The position numbers and the translations under genes are program-made. From NCBI GenBank assembly GCA_029038705.1, contig GCA_029038705.1_4346.1: 44,263 nucleotides of DNA; one strand, given 5' to 3'. Positions 44,242 to 44,263 of the stretch are shown in pieces. How positions within the stretch are numbered: the first letter of the stretch is position 1; every line of letters begins with the position of its first letter. The stretch is from a phage. The notes under the pieces were generated by a model. It saw nothing but the letters and a program-made list of their open reading frames with translations. It ran no database searches and had not been told where the DNA came from.

Positions 44242-44263
44242 CTAGTCATTACAGAAAACAGAT

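Noticed and set aside
1-44263. CRISPR array, tRNA genes, integrase or recombinase
   Set aside because: No regular repeat-spacer pattern, no cloverleaf-like candidates in the intergenic gaps, and no large ORF with tyrosine or serine recombinase features. Inspection was by eye only; a tRNA scan and profile searches would be needed to be sure.

Overview
The window reads as a complete or near-complete tailed-phage genome of about 44.3 kb, densely coded and organised into strand-switching modules. All calls rest on reading the ORF translations and DNA by eye; no database search or computation was run. (1) 1-4005, minus strand: a lysis cassette (GH24 endolysin plus two small membrane proteins, holin-like) followed by a string of tiny early ORFs. 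(2) 4006-4486: a ~480 bp noncoding control region. (3) 4487-16975, plus strand: a replication module (primase-helicase-like ATPase, PD-(D/E)XK exonuclease, SSB-like protein, family-A DNA polymerase, HNH endonuclease, VRR-NUC nuclease, SNF2 helicase, Toprim protein), interrupted by one divergent XRE-type HTH regulator. (4) 17005-26568 and 29245-44178, minus strand: the morphogenesis module (tailspike, tail tip, tape measure, chaperones, major tail, connectors, capsid, scaffold, MuF-like protein, portal, TerL, TerS, then an array of tiny ORFs). An Rz/Rz1-type spanin pair sits inside the head genes, about 34 kb from the holin and endolysin, and implies a Gram-negative host. No integrase, tRNA or CRISPR array was recognised, so the phage looks virulent. 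The best candidate for something new is a self-contained plus-strand cassette (26678-29248) embedded antisense in the tail genes; it encodes a secreted small protein, an HTH-metallophosphoesterase fusion, an HNH endonuclease and a small protein. Also notable are a palindromic element (AATAG-N4-CTATT) shared by at least six promoters, a hairpin that would sequester the holin ribosome-binding site, and a multi-zinc-ribbon nuclease inserted between the portal and head-morphogenesis genes. Coordinates of short motifs were counted by hand and may be off by 1-2 nt.
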